The notes under the pieces: model-generated
Told to the model about the DNA's origin: nothing
Database searches by the model: none
What the model saw: only the letters and a program-made list of their open reading frames with translations
Program-made: the position numbers and the translations under genes
Shown: one piece after another, positions 25,921 to 26,741 of the stretch
How the letters are laid out: each line of letters starts with the position of its first letter
How positions within the stretch are numbered: the first letter of the stretch is position 1
Origin: a virus
Lineage: Duplodnaviria; Caudoviricetes
DNA: 26,741 nucleotides
Direction: 5' to 3' (one strand)
Virus record (IMG/VR): IMGVR_UViG_3300043388_000009
Location: 1 to 26,741 of that record

Positions 25921-26741
25921 CTGTCGAGGAACTCACGCAGCGACTGCAAGTCGAGTGTGATACGCCCTGACTTGGAGTCGAACTCACCGTCGAGGAAGGC
26001 CTTGGCCACCTTGCGCTTCTGCTGGAGCATGCGGAACATACGCTCCTCGATGGTGTTCAGCCCATACATGTAGCCGATGTTGATCTGGTCGAAGGCCGAG
26101 TTGGTGCGGTCGATACGGCTGATGCGTTGAGCCAGGGCACCAGCCGACCACGGCAGGTCGTAGCAGATCAGGTGTGAACCCTGGTTGAGATCCACACCGT
26201 AGGCCCCGGCGTCGGAGGACAGGAACATGCGCAGGCCGGGGTCGGTGTTGAACCTGACGATGCGGTCGTCACGGTCCTTGCCTGCCACGTCCCCGGTGAT
26301 GGTGACGTAGGGGACCTTGAGCTTGCGCAACTCCTGACCGATCATGCGTAGCATCGGCTTGAAGTAGCTGAACACCACGACCTTGTGGCGGGGGTCCTCG
26401 TCCAGTATCTCAACCACCGTGTCGAGCAGGTTCTCCAGTTTGTTGTGCTCGGGGGGCATGTTGTCGAGGGCGCCCGAGGCACGAAGCTCGCTGGCGTACT
26501 CACTGCCACGCTTCGATAGCTCACTATCGAAGTCATCGGCACTGCACAGAAGGAGACCTGGGTGGCTGCTGAGCATCCTCATCGCCAGCAGTCGGGACAT
26601 GACCTGGCCCATCAGCGAGATGTTGCCGCCGGACTGGGTGCGGCCGTAGTGCGCCAGAACGTCAAACCCCCCTCTGACCCCCGCTGATAGGGCGGCATCG
26701 ATGGCCGCCGATAGGTCGTCCTTGATGCGATCATGGAGTGA
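25917..26741 (-). CDS. SNF2-family (SF2) helicase, C-terminal part; runs off the right edge
   Basis: HPGLL, KLENL, KVVVFSYF, ITG, FLSSDAGAYGVDL, YDLPW, QRISRIDR, TIEERM...KR; the frame is open to the window end. Confidence 0.95.
   Translation of the reverse strand, partial: SLHDRIKDDLSAAIDAALSAGVRGGFDVLAHYGRTQSGGNISLMGQVMSRLLAMRMLSSHPGLLLCSADDFDSELSKRGSEYASELRASGALDNMPPEHNKLENLLDTVVEILDEDPRHKVVVFSYFKPMLRMIGQELRKLKVPYVTITGDVAGKDRDDRIVRFNTDPGLRMFLSSDAGAYGVDLNQGSHLICYDLPWSAGALAQRISRIDRTNSAFDQINIGYMYGLNTIEERMFRMLQQKRKVAKAFLDGEFDSKSGRITLDLQSLREFLDS

Overview
A GC-rich (~65%) segment of a large tailed phage, very probably infecting an actinobacterium. Support for the host: leaderless TANNNT promoters, GGAGG Shine-Dalgarno sites and an M15/LysM/PG-binding endolysin. 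Almost every gene is on the minus strand, in a tightly coupled chain. From right to left: a SNF2 helicase (partial); a ~600-nt plus-strand structured non-coding locus containing an anticodon-less tRNA mimic; Gam-like, RHH, vWA, ParB/Srx, zinc-finger and HTH genes; a replication/recombination module (gp32-like SSB, family A DNA polymerase, RecA, two PD-(D/E)XK resolvases, Cas4-like exonuclease, UvsY-like protein); SpoVS; a gp5-like protein and a collagen tail fibre; a lysis cassette; many small virion-region genes; a GT2-like/LamG fusion; and an FN3/Ig/beta-helix adhesin (partial). The three most unusual signals are the structured RNA locus (25205-25805), a strongly over-represented strand-polarised octamer TGTGWTAC (14 exact copies found by eye), and a shared basic K/R-R-x-I-x-R peptide at the termini of several DNA-metabolism proteins. 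All calls come from motif recognition by eye; no database searches were run.
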